NCBI GenBank assembly: GCA_964016885.1
Contig: OZ024754.1
Span: 46,128,001-46,192,000, forward strand
Source: Eledone cirrhosa
Taxonomy: Eukaryota
DNA length: 64,000 nucleotides
Direction of reading: 5' to 3'
The position numbers and the translations under genes were made by a program. The notes beneath the pieces are model-generated. The model ran no database searches, was not told the origin of the DNA, and worked only from the letters and a program-made list of their open reading frames with translations. Below, one piece after another: positions 44,345 through 56,291 of the stretch; the stretch's first letter is position 1, and every line of letters begins with the position of its first letter.

Positions 44345-45936
44345 TGGGATGAGGAGTACATCTAGTGTACCTCAGTGGTTGTGGGATGTGGGGTACATCT
44401 AGTGTACCTCAGTGGTTGTGGGATGTGGGGTACATCTAGTGTACCTCAGTGGTTGTGGGATGTGGGGTACATCTAGTGTACCTCAGTGGTTGTGGGATGT
44501 GGGGTACATCTAGTGTACCTCAGTGGTTGTGGGATGTGGGGTACATCTAGTGTACCTCAGTGGTTGTGGGATGTGGGGTACATCTAGTGTACCTCAGTGG
44601 TGGGATGTGGGGTACATCTAGTGTACGTCAGTAGTTGTGGGATGTGGGGTACATCTAGTGTACCTCAGTGGTTGTGGGATGTGGGGTACATCTAGTGTAC
44701 CTCAGTGGTTGTGGGATGTGGGGTACATCTAGTGTACCTCAGTGGTTGTGGGATGTGGGATACATCTAGTGTACCTCAGTGGTTGTGGGATGTGGGATAC
44801 ATCTAGTGTACCTCAGTGGTTGTGGGATGTGGGATACATCTAGTGTACCTCAGTGGTTGTGGGATGTGGGATACATCTAGTGTACCTCAGTGGTTGTGGG
44901 ATGTGGGGTACATCTAGTGTACATCAGTGGTTGTGGGATGTGGGATACATCTAGTGTACCTCAGTGGTTGTGGGATGTGGGATACATCTAGTGTACCTCA
45001 GTGGTGGGATGTGGGGTACATCTAGTGTACCTCAGTGGTTGTGGGATGTGGGGTACATCTAGTGTACCTCAGTGGTTGTGGGATGTGGGATACATCTAGT
45101 GTACCTCAGTGGTTGTGGGATGTGGGATACATCTAGTGTACCTCAGTGGTTGTGGGATGTGGGATACATCTAGTGTACCTCAGTGGTTGTGGGATGTGGG
45201 ATACATCTAGTGTACCTCAGTGGTTGTGGGATGTGGGGTACATCTAGTGTACCTCAGTGGTTGTGGGATGTGGGGTACATCTAGTGTACCTCAGTGGTTG
45301 TGGGATGTGGGATACATCTAGTGTACCTCAGTGGTTGTGGGATGTGGGATACATCTAGTGTACCTCAGTGGTTGTGGGATGTGGGATACATCTAGTGTAC
45401 CTCAGTGGTTGTGGGATGTGGGGTACATCTAGTGTACCTCAGTGGTTGTGGGATGTGGGGTACATCTAGTGTACCTCAGTGGTTGTGGGATGTGGGATAC
45501 ATCTAGTGTACCTCAGTGGTTGTGGGATGTGGGATACATCTAGTGTACCTCAGTGGTGGGATGTGGGGTACATCTCGTGTACCTCAGTGGTTGTGGGATG
45601 TGGGATACATCTAGTGTACCTCAGTGGTTGTGGGATGTGGGATACATCTAGTGTACCTCAGTGGTGGGATGTGGGGTACATCTAGTGTACCTCAGTGGTG
45701 GGATGTGGGGTACATCTAGTGTACCTCAGTGGTTGTGGGATGTGGGGTACATCTAGTGTACCTCAGTGGTTGTGGGATGTGGGGTACATCTAGTGTACCT
45801 CAGTGGTTGTGGGATGTGGGATACATCTAGTGTACCTCAGTGGTTGTGGGATGTGGGGTACATCTAGTGTACCTCAGTGGTTGTGGGATGTGGGGTACAT
45901 CTAGTGTACCTCAGTGGTTGTGGGATGTGGGGTACA
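44345..45936. repeat. 37-bp minisatellite, about 43 copies, G-rich on the + strand
   Basis: Unit GG(G/A)TACATCTAGTGTACCTCAGTGGTTGTGGGATGTG; some 34-bp variants. Confidence 0.97.
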
Positions 45937-46099
45937 CACTAGTCTATCAGTAGTTTGTCATTATCTAATATATTTTGTCCTTTGAATAATTGTGTAATTT
46001 GAGGAATCTTTGGCTGTTATTTCTACCAGGTTGAGTGACCCGCTATAGAGTTCCCATCATTAACAATAGATGGCCATCAGTGGCAGCGGCGGTGTGTTT

Positions 46100-47159
46100 G
46101 TGATGGTTGTAGTAGTGGTGACGGTAGTAGTAGTAGTGGTGGTGGTGGTGACGGTGGTAGTAGCAGTAGTAGTAGTGGTGGTGACGGTGGTAGTAGCAGT
46201 AGTATTAGCAGTAGTAGTAGTGGTGGTGACGGTGGTAGTAGTAGTAGTAGCAGCAGCAGTAGTGGTGGTGGTGGTGACGGTGGTAGTAGCAGTAGTATTA
46301 GCAGTAGTAGTGGTGGTGGTGGTGACGGTGGTAGTAGCAGTAGTATTAGCAGTAGTAGTAGTGGTGGTGGTGACGGTGGTAGTAGTAGTAGTAGCAGCAG
46401 CAGTAGTGGTGGTGGTGGTGACGGTGGTAGTAGCAGTAGTATTAGCAGTAGTAGTAGTGGTGGTGACGGTGGTAGTAGTAGTAGTAGTAGCAGCAGCAGT
46501 AGTGGTGGTGGTGGTGACGGTGGTAGTAGCAGTAGTATTAGCAGTAGTAGTAGTGGTGGTGACGGTGGTAGTAGTAGTAGTAGCAGCAGCAGTAGTGGTG
46601 GTGGTGGTGACGGTGGTAGTAGGAGTAGTATTAGCAATAGTAGTAGTGGTGGCGCCAGTGGGAGTAGTATTAGCAGTAGTGGTGGTGGTGGTGACATTGG
46701 TAGTAGGAGTAGTATTAGCAATATTAGTAGTGGTGGTGCCGGTGGCAGTAGCAGTAGTGGTGGTGGTGGTGACATTAGTAGTAGCAGTAGTATTAGCAAT
46801 AGTAGTAGTGGTGGTGCCGGTGGTAGTAGCAGTTGTATTAGCAATAGTAGTAGTGGTGGTGGTGCCGGTGGTAGTAGCAGTTGTATTAGCAATAGTAGTA
46901 GTGGTGGTGCCGGTGGTAGTAGCAGTTGTATTAGCAATAGTAGTAGTGGTGGTGCCGGTGGTAGTAGCAGTAGTATTAGCAATAGTAGTAGTGGTGGTGC
47001 CGGTGGTAGTAGCAGTTGTATTAGCAATAGTAGTAGTGGTGGTGCCGGTGGTAGTAGCAGTAGTATTAGCAATAGTAGTAGTGGTGGTGCCGGTGGTAGT
47101 AGCAGTAGTATTAGCAATAGTAGTAGTGGTGGTGCCGGTGGTAGTAGTAGTGGTGGTGG
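46100..47159. repeat. GTA/GTG/GCA trinucleotide-based satellite with higher-order units
   Basis: Direct reading; source of the poly-T, poly-V and poly-L ORFs. Confidence 0.95.
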
Positions 47160-48708
47160 ACATATGTTAATGAAGTAAATTTTAGTTATTGTCAGCCAGT
47201 GAGAAATACTGGCAACTGCTTTCTCATCAGTATTACTGTTTAACAGAAATACACCTGTCACATCTTGATTGCTGTTACTAACAGAATAGGGAGATACCAT
47301 TGGGGGTGGGGTAGAGGCAGGAGAGGGTATTACTATGATTTGTGGCCGCAGTAGTAGCAGTAGCAGCAGCAATATTAGTAGCTGGAGCAATAGTAGTGGG
47401 AGTAGTAGCGGCAGTAGTAGTAGAAGCAGTAGTAGTAGCAGCAGCAGTAGTAGCAGCTGCTTTCAATCTTTTCAAGGCAGTGCTCCAGCATAGCCACAGT
47501 CTAATAACTGAAACAAAACGATTTCACCTTGAAGATGAAGTGAAGCGTTCAGTCTTAACAAGATATTTAGTCCTACTACTCATGTATCGGGTCACTCTTA
47601 ATCACTAATGGTAACATGTAACCCAACACAACTGTCATATAATTCCATTGTCATGATTAAACAAAAACCCACCAAACTTGCTTGTTGAGCGGGGGTGCTG
47701 ATTTTTGGACACCCTCATCATCATCATCACCGTTTAAGGTCCATTTTTCCACGCTGGCATGGATTAGATGGGTTATCCTGTTGTGAGCAATGCTAGGTCA
47801 GGTGGCCATGTCATGCTCATACAGAACCGATTTTTTTTTGGCTTTGTTTCTACAGCTAGATGCCCTTCCTAGCACTAACCTCATTTACAGTGAGTACTGG
47901 GTGCTTTTTGTCATGATGCCTACATAACCACTTTACATTGTGGACTGGGTGCTTTTTACTGTGACATCTACATCCCTGTGGGATAAAAAACAAAACTCAC
48001 CAAAAGGAAGAGGAACTCAGGATAGTTAACAGCTATCCAATATTGTGTAAAAGAAAATGTGTAGACAAAGCTTGTTAGTACCTCGGTTGGCTGGTTGTCT
48101 AGGAGAAGGATCACTCTGATTTCAAAACCAGGGTAGATGAGTTTTTTTTAGTACCTTTCAAGTGGCCAACAGCTTCTTTCTTGTAATGAAGTCAAATGAG
48201 CTGTGGCTTGATAGTCAGCTTCTGAGTAATGGTCAGACAAGGATTTGAGACGCACCAATGTCATTTTTTACCATGATGAGAACCATGGACATATAGCATC
48301 ATATAAATGATCATTGGTACAATTGTCCATGGTCCCCAACCCTCAGCAATGAGGATGGAAAGAGACCAGATCTCGTTACCCCACCTTCCTTGGATAGTTA
48401 GATATTTCATGCGCCTCCACCCCACCAATACTCCTTGAATGGATGGAGGGTAGAGTTAGTGAGAACATAGATGTCTTGTCCATCAGTTGTGTCTCTCTGG
48501 TGCTTGTTATATAACAATGAACATGATTACTATCTGTACTTGATTCAGTGTGAGCCAGTGTGTGTGAAAGAGAGAGAGATTGTGAGTGTGAGAGTATCCC
48601 AGGACAATAGTTGTAGCTGTCACCACTTCCCATGAATTATTTGGTATGACCTTCACTTAGGTGAAGATCATAATTTGAGAGTGTGTGTATAAAATGTGTA
48701 TATATGTA

Positions 48709-48755
<47 letters not shown>

Positions 48756-48756
48756 A

Positions 48757-48940
48757 TAGTTATGTAATAAACAACAAGATAATTATTTCATATACCAGTG
48801 GTTTCTTGACATATTTATGTCTGTCTTCATTCATCAGAAAAATATTATTTTTCTGATGAATGAAGACAGACATAGATATCTGTCTTCAAGAAACCACTGG
48901 TATATGAAATAATTATCTTATGTTGTTTATTACATAACTA
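48757..48940. repeat. Long imperfect palindrome containing back-to-back hammerhead-like motifs
   Basis: Arms are reverse complements around AAAAATATTATTTTT, with small indels. Confidence 0.9.
48844..48913 (+). ncRNA. Type I hammerhead ribozyme-like motif, imperfect
   Basis: CTGATGA, stem II TGAAGACAGA/TCTGTCTTCA, GAAA, CC-ACT-GG, TA. There is an A.A mismatch at the base of stem II and stem I is weak. Confidence 0.6.
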
Positions 48941-49239
48941 AAAAACTCTGTAGCCTACATAGAGCACTCCCTTTTCCTTTACCTTTCCTATGGAAATACT
49001 TCATTTATATATATATATATACTGTACCGATTGTGTTGTTATTTCTGTTTACTTTTTACATATATATATATATCATCATCATCATCATTTTACGTCCGCT
49101 TTTCCCTGCTTGCAAGGGTGGGACGGGAACTGATTCTGGCTTGATTTCTACAGCTGGATGCCCTTCCTAACACCAACCTCATTTACAGTGAGTGCTGGGT
49201 GCTTTTTTGCCGTGGAATGATAGGGACCTCAGTCCCTCT

Positions 49240-49389
49240 CATCTCATTTCTACAGCTGAGTAAACTGGAGCAATGTGAAATAAAGTGTCTTGCTCAAGGA
49301 AACAACACATCACCCAGTCTGAGAATTGAACTCGCAACCTTTCGTTTGCAAGGCCGCCAATGCTCTAACCACTAAGCCATGTGCCTCCG
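49240..49389 (-). mobile_element. SINE family B
   Basis: CAGCTGAGTAAACTGGAGCAA..CTAACCACTAAGCCATGTGCCTCC. Confidence 0.8.
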
Positions 49390-49734
49390 TATATATATAA
49401 TGTCCTACTATAACTACATAAATGTAAATGAAGAGATTTGTGTATGTGTGGGTATGTGTATCTTTGTGTGTATGGGGTTGTGAATAAAATTGTTGATCTT
49501 TAATTGATAAACCTACACTAGGAAATCAGAGAACTATTTTCCTATTCAAGTCTGTTACCTTTAATTAAGTGAAAATAGATCGTGTTCATAGAAAAGCTAT
49601 CAATCATAATTAATCAATTGGCTGAAATTAAATTAATTTTTTCTCATCTATATCAATTTTTAGTTAGCATATATCTAATGAAAAACAGTATATAATAAAG
49701 CTGCTACCTTTGAATTACAAGTGCAGTTCAAATC

Positions 49735-49966
49735 TTGGATTGTCTGAGGCTAAGATAGAATATTGACCCAATTTCAAAACCTGGATCATCTAAAGTTAAT
49801 ATAACACTGACCCAATCACAAAACTTGGATCATCTGAAACTAAAATAAGACTGACCCAATCGTAAAACCTGGTTCATCCGAAGCTGAGAGGAGACTGACC
49901 CAATCACAAAACTTGGATCATCTGAAACTGAGAGAAGACTGACCCAATCACAAAACCTGGATCATG
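49735..49966. repeat. About 44-bp degenerate tandem repeat, about 5 copies
   Basis: GACTGACCCAATCACAAAAC.TGGATCATCTGAA. Confidence 0.85.
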
Positions 49967-50552
49967 TGTCACTCAATCCAGAAATTGAACTGATCTTGTA
50001 TTCAACACCTGCACCACAGTAACTAGGAATGATATATAGCATAATATAGACCTACATATATATATATTACTGTCTGTAAAAAAAGAACTAAAATGACTGA
50101 TATGGTTGACTGATTTTAGTCTAATGGGAACCAATTAAAAGTAGCTGTGTCTCTAGTTTCAAATATTTAGTTGTGATCTGTGAAATTTGATTGTCTTCTA
50201 AACATAAAACCTTTTCTTAACAATTGCAATAAATAAATCAACTCAAGACTTTTTTTCAATAACTAAACTAATTATATAAATAGATTTTGGTTTCTCCCTT
50301 AATAGTTTCTATTGTTGGTGTTTTCTTTTTCCATTCAGACTGGTTTTTATCTGATAGGCTTATTAAATATGACAATGTCAGTCCTGTTAAGGTGAACCAA
50401 ACAAACAAGCAAACAAACATTCTTTTAATTAAAATACAGATGTTTTTATAGACAGGTATTGGTATATGTGAATAAATATATTTCTGTGTTATTTTTGCCA
50501 AATGTTAGTGTCATATATATAATTATATTATATTATATTATAGGTGGATTAA

Positions 50553-50741
50553 GGGCGGTGGAGTGGCAGTATCGGTAGAGGGTCGGACGCCATGCTTTGA
50601 CACATAGTTACGGCCCTTGCCATTCTGAGTTCAAATCCCGCCGAGGTTAACTTTGCCTTTCTTCCTTACGGGGTCGATAAAATAAAGTACCAGTAATACA
50701 CTGGGTAATTGCTGGCTTCGTGCCAAAAGTAGAAACAATTA
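50553..50741 (+). mobile_element. Full-length SINE family A
   Basis: A-box TGGCAGTATCGG, B-box GAGTTCAAATCC, end GTAGAAACAATTA. Confidence 0.88.
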
Positions 50742-51502
50742 TATTATATTATATATATATATAAACATTCATATATATGATATATATATAAAATAGAAAC
50801 ATTCATTATGCAGATATTAAAGTTGGGGGGGGGGGTATAGTGGGCCCCTTGTAGAGTCACTTCTCTCTCTCTCCTTCTTACCACTTCTCTTTTACCTTTA
50901 TTCTTCCATTTACCTCCTCCACCTTCTCTTTCTTCCTCCTTTTTAAGAAGCCCATTTTACTATATATTTATATATGTATATATATTGTTATATTTGGGGA
51001 TGGTCATATTGCCAATAGAAAGAAACATATATATATATATATATAAATTCTAAGTACAAAAGTGACAGTGACTTCGAAGTTTCAGCTTAGTTGCTTCAGT
51101 TTATATATCTACCATTTTACATTGAAAATCTGAGTAGTTGAGGGAGGACTCTTGGAGTTACAGAAAAGCACCTTTCTGCTATTTAAATATATAGAAAAAG
51201 AAACCGTTGGGGTTTGCTAAGGAATTTATTTTTTCCTAGTTTTTCTGACCTCTGGCATACTCACAATCAACATTTTCCCATGAAAATGGAACAGAATGGG
51301 GGGAAGGGAAGACAGAGTCGAGGGGGATTCATAATTTGGTTCATGAAGTTGTTGAGATTTTTTAGGGGTGGGGCATCTCAATTGTTGCTTATAATATATA
51401 AATTATTTATCAATTTGATGTTTATAATGTTTAATATTAATTATGACTTCTCAACTTGGTCCTTATAATGTTTAATAAATATCAATATTATTACTTAAAC
51501 TG

Positions 51503-51722
51503 AGGGTGGTGGATTAGCAGAATCAGTAGAGCGTTGAACACCATGCCTTGCAGCATAGAGTTACGGCCCTTTACGTTCTGAGTTTAAATCCTGCCGTGGT
51601 TAGCTTTGCTCTTCATCCTTAAGGGGTTGATAAAATAAAGTACCAGTAACGCACGGATCGATTTAATCGATTTATCCCTCCCTCAAAATCGTTGGTTTTG
51701 TGCCTAAATCAGAAACCATTAT
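51503..51722 (+). mobile_element. SINE family A, older copy, just upstream of exon 2
   Basis: Degenerate A/B boxes and core. Confidence 0.8.
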
Positions 51723-51786
51723 TTTTTCAATCTGGTACAATGTCTGATATCAATTAATACGATTATTTTATATTTCTTTATTCCAG

Positions 51787-51898
51787 ACAAAAGTAAAAAT
51801 AGTTCCTGTACTTGGAACAGGACTGTTAATAGGTACAGCTTTGGCAGTAATTATTCCTGAGGGAGTACATGTTATGTATTCACATCATCACAACCATG
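51787..51898 (+). CDS. SLC39A9: ZIP9 exon 2 ([37 protein letters not shown])
   Basis: Acceptor tttattccag, donor G|GTAAGT, 112 nt, phase 0 to 1; absent from the ORF track. Confidence 0.94.
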
Positions 51899-52456
51899 GT
51901 AAGTTGCCATTCACTGGAACTTTGATTTTTTTCTTGAAAAAGACATTATGTAGCACATAGGCTTTCTCTGTGAAGAAAACCTATGTGGCTCTCTGGATGT
52001 GCTGAAACAGAGTGAAGCCTTAGTAGGCCAACATTTGTGTGTGTGTGTGTTGCCCTATGTATGTATGGGTGTGTATGTGTTGCCATATATGTGTGCGTGT
52101 GTGTGTTGACCTATGTGTGTTTGTTTGTTGCTCTGTGTGTGTGTCTTAACTTGATATTGACACTTTTTGGACAGCCAGTGACATTTGTTTATGTCATACA
52201 TGACAATATGTCCTGCAGCTGTGTTGTTTGATGTGTAAAAATCAGTACTATCTGAATAATTAAAGGTTGACATCAAGAATAACATTTGACTGCCTCAAAA
52301 AAATGTTTGTCCAACCAATGCCAACAAGGAAAAGGAGACATAAAGACAGTGATGATGATGATGATAAAAATGTCACAATATCATAGCCATAGCCTTTTAA
52401 ATCCAAGCTTTAACTAGTTAGGGTGCTAAAATGTAGCCTGTTGATTCACATTGCCA

Positions 52457-52665
52457 ATGGCTTAGTGGTTAGAGCATCGGGCTTACAATTGTGAGGTTGT
52501 GAGTTCGATTCTTAGACTGGGTTTGCGTTGTGTTCTTGAGGAAGACACTTTATTTCACGATGCTCCAGTTCACTCAGCTGTAGAAATGAGTTGTGACGTC
52601 ACTGATGCCAAGCTGTTCCCTTGAACAACATCGGTGACGTGGAGAGGGGAGACTGGTGTTAATGG
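52457..52665 (+). mobile_element. SINE family B in intron 2
   Basis: A-box TGGCTTAGTGG, B-box GAGTTCGATTC. Confidence 0.85.
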
Positions 52666-52689
52666 TTTGTTTGTTTTTTGTTTCTTTAA

Positions 52690-52907
52690 CCCTTTAGCAT
52701 TTACATTACTCTTATATACTATTGTATTTTCACATTAAACACTTTATCCTACAATTATTTCACATAATATTGAATCTACGAGATTTTGATATTATTTATT
52801 TTGAGAACAATACCTTAACATAAGTATGAGCAGCCAGTTATAGCTGGTTTGAACAGAATGAGGTGAAAGATTTCTGGCCAGATACGGTTGGTTTAAATGC
52901 TAAAGGG
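52690..52907. mobile_element. piggyBac-type MITE ending 46 bp before exon 3
   Basis: TTAA|CCCTTTAGCATTTA...TAAATGCTAAAGGG|TTAA, perfect 14-bp TIRs. Confidence 0.9.
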
Positions 52908-52953
52908 TTAAAATATTTTATCATGTTTGACATCCATTGTTTGTATTTTGCAG

Positions 52954-53184
52954 TACATAGTCACAGTATTGAGAAGATGGATGTAAAAGATGGAATCTTG
53001 AAAGTTGGTATTGCACACTCATCTGTACATGACGAACACTCACACAATACAGATGTTGACTCTGGAGGCACAGAGGGTAGTGTGAATATCCACAGTCTGA
53101 TAGGTGTGGCGCTGGTCGCTGGCTTCATCACAATGTTGCTCATTGACCAACTGTGTGGTGGTTCTCATGTACACTCCATTCCAG
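52954..53184 (+). CDS. SLC39A9: ZIP9 exon 3 (His-rich loop plus TM3, HSLIGVALVAGFITMLLIDQ)
   Basis: Acceptor tattttgcag, donor CAG|GTAAGT, 231 nt, phase 1 to 1. Confidence 0.92.
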
Positions 53185-53435
53185 GTAAGTCATAACATGT
53201 CAGGTAATAATAATTAGTGTTGTATAGTAGTTGTCTAGTGAGAGCAAAGTGGAGTGCTTGAGTGGAGTGAGATCTTGTGAAAGATATTGAGAGAGAGTGA
53301 AAGATGTTGAGAGAGAGAGAAATAGATAAAATTAACATATGCAAGTATCATGCCTACATGTTTATTAGGGTCAAATTGTTTCTTTTTCACTTTTTAATCA
53401 TATTTTCCAAAGTATATCTTCATATATTTCCATAG

Positions 53436-53513
53436 ATCCTGAACATAACCAGTCAACCGTGCAGAACCGAAATAAAATCACAGCTACTCTAGGTTTAGTA
53501 ATACATGCTGCTG
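53436..53513 (+). CDS. SLC39A9: ZIP9 exon 4 (DPEHNQSTVQNRNKITATLGLVIHAA)
   Basis: Acceptor tttccatag, donor G|GTGAGT, 78 nt, phase 1 to 1. Confidence 0.93.
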
Positions 53514-53598
53514 GTGAGTTGATTTTATAATATTCTTTGCTTTAGCTGATAAAATGTTCTGAGAGTTTCTGTAATAAATTAAGATGAAGCTTCCTTAA

Positions 53599-54060
53599 CC
53601 CTTTAGCATTTACATTACTCTATATATGCTATTGTATTTTTGTGGTAAACACTTTATTTCACATAATATCAAACCTCTGAGATTTTGATATTTATTTTGA
53701 GAACAAGGTAAAGACCCCCTTCGGTCTGGGCAAGGTTGTTTGTGGGAGACCAACAGTCGCCCATGCATGACCAATCTCCTCTCTCCACTCCACTGATGCT
53801 GTCCAAGGGAAAGGCAATGACAGCTTGGCACCAGTGACATCGCAACTCATTTCTACAGCTGAGTAAACTGGAACAACATGAAATAAAGTGTTTTAATCAA
53901 GAGCACAACGCAAAGCCCGGTCCGAGAATCAAACTCACAATCTTGTGATTGTAAGCCCATCACTCTAACCACTAAGTCATACATAAGTATGAGCAGCCGG
54001 TTATGGCTGGTTTGAACAGAAAGAGGTGAGAGAATCCTGGCCGGTTTAAATGCTAAAGGG
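53599..54060. mobile_element. piggyBac-type MITE with a nested SINE family B copy (about 53707-53980, minus strand)
   Basis: Perfect TIRs and TTAA; the MITE interior is interrupted after GAGAACAA and resumes at ACATAAGTATGAG. Confidence 0.88.
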
Positions 54061-54784
54061 TTAAAGTGAAACATTTTTGTGCCATATATCTCATAACCCT
54101 GCTCTTATTTTTATTGTAATGTTAAAGACTTATGTCCTCTTATAACCATAGCTAGGATGTGTTTATAAGAGGCTGATTGCTATTTTATATCCTATGATGC
54201 TCTTTATGCTGTTGTTGTTTAACCCTAGCTCACGTAGATCTGATTGAGCTGACATATGATCAAAGAAAGTGTTCTAGCTTTCATATCCTACCTTCCTTTA
54301 TTTTGTTCTCTCCTCTTATTTGATAATGTAAATCTATTTTATTCAATATGAATTTTAAAGTCTGTCCCAAGCCTGGGGGTCCATGAAGCTGGTGCTTATC
54401 CCGGTTTCCATTGGCATTAAGTAACTGAGAGTACAAGACTCCATTCTGGAAAGGACTCCAGTCCCTCATGTATTAAACTCCCAACAACTTCTGGTACCCA
54501 TTTATAGCTGAGTGGATAGGAACACTGTGAAATGAAGTGTTTTGCTCAAGAACACAACATTCAAGTCAGTCCAGGAATCAACCCCTCAACATAATGAGTT
54601 GGCCATGCACCTTCACTATCCAATATGTCCTTCTTTTTTATAAAACAATAGGATATTAGTTGAGGAAGATTTCACTACTATTTGTATGAAGAAACCACGT
54701 AGAGGTTTCTCTGTTGGCTCCATATAAGGCTCCATATTTCAGCTAATAGTATTAATCTCAATGTAAATGTGTTAAAATTGGTAG

Positions 54785-55941
54785 ATATCTTCTCAAAGTT
54801 TTAGCTGTACTCTTCCCTAGTATATCTTCTCATAGTTTTAACGGTACTCTTCCCTAGTATATCTTCTCATAGTTTTAGCTGTACTCTTCCCTAGTATATC
54901 TTCTGATAGTTTTAGCTGTACTCTTCCCTAGTATATCTTCTCATAGTTTTAACGGTACTCTTCCCTAGTATATCTTCTGATAGTTTTAGCTGTACTCTTC
55001 CCTAGTATATCTTCTGATAGTTTTAGCTGTACTCTTCCCTGGTATATCTTCTCATAGTTTTAGCTGTACTCTTCCCTAGTATATCTTCTCATAGTTTTAG
55101 CTGTACTCTTCCCTAGTATATCTTCTCATAGTTTTAGCTGTACTCTTCCCTAGTATATCTTCTCATAGTTTTAGTTTTATTCTTCCCTAGTATATCTTCT
55201 CATAGTTTTAGCTGTACTCTTCCCTAGTATATCTTCTCATAGTTTTAGCTGTACTCTTCCCTAGTATATCTTCTCATAGTTTTAGCTGTACTCTTCCCTA
55301 GTATATCTTCTCATAGTTTTAGCTGTACTCTTCCCTAGTATATCTTCTCATAGTTTTAGTTGTACTCTTCCCTAGTATATCTTTTCATAGTTTTAGTTGT
55401 ACTCTTCCCTAGTATATCTTCTGATAGTTTTAGCTGTACTCTTCCCTAGTATATCTTCTCATAGTTTTAGCTGTACTCTTCCCGAGTATATCTTCTCATA
55501 GTTTTAGTTGTACTCTTCCCTAGTATATCTTCTCATAGTTTTAGTTTTACTCTTCCCTAGTATATCTTCTCATAGTTTTAGTTTTACTCTTCCCTAGTAT
55601 ATCTTCTCATAGTTTTAGTTTTACTCTTCCCTAGTATATCTTCTCATAGTTTTAGTTTTACTCTTCCCTAGTATATCTTCTCATAGTTTTAGTTCTACTC
55701 TTCCCTTGTATATCTTCTCATAGTTTTTGCTGCACTCTTCCCTAGTATATCTTCTGATAGTTTTAGTTTTACTCTTCCCTAGTATATCTTCTAATAGTTT
55801 TAGCTGTACTCTTCCCTAGTATATCTTCTCATAGTTTTAGTTATACTCTTCCCTAGTATATATTCTGATAATTTTAGGTGTACACTTATCCTAGTATATC
55901 TTCTCATAGTTTTAGCTGTACTCTTCCCTAGTATATCTTCT
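54785..55941. repeat. 37-bp minisatellite, about 31 copies, in intron 4
   Basis: Unit TAGTTTTAGCTGTACTCTTCCCTAGTATATCTTCTCA. Confidence 0.97.
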
Positions 55942-56192
55942 ATGGTACTCGCTCTTACAGCTGACACCTTTATTGTCAGTGCAACTTTAACTGTTAACTC
56001 CTAACATCCTCAGAAAATATTTGATGATGACAACATATGAAAAGTTTGAACTTTCAAAGCTCTGAGAGATTTTGAAGTTCATAGAAAATGTAGGAAAACT
56101 CAGATATAGAAAACAACTGTAAATACAGTTGGTTGCTATAAATAGCTTTGAAAATCAAGTAACAAGCCCTTAGAGACAGAGAAATATATCTC

Positions 56193-56291
56193 TAGTATAT
56201 TATGACCTGATACTCTATATTATAGTATATTATGACCTGATACTCTATATTATAGTATATTATGACCTGATACTCTATATTATAGTATATT
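56193..56291. repeat. 30-bp minisatellite, left part
   Basis: Unit TATAGTATATTATGACCTGATACTCTATAT. Confidence 0.95.

Noticed and set aside
44345-45936. CRISPR-like array (37-bp palindromic repeats)
   Set aside because: Units are head-to-tail with no unique spacers, there are no cas genes, and the context is a eukaryotic intron.
46060-47608. Mucin-like poly-Thr, poly-Val and poly-Leu ORFs
   Set aside because: Trinucleotide satellite open in several frames on both strands, inside ZIP9 intron 1, with no supporting gene structure.
50553-50741. tRNA gene (A and B boxes)
   Set aside because: No cloverleaf; it is one of many dispersed SINE copies with a shared non-tRNA body.
52863-52953. N-terminal extension of the exon 3 ORF (MKDFWPDTVG...)
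   Set aside because: Lies in a MITE and intron sequence upstream of the acceptor at 52953.
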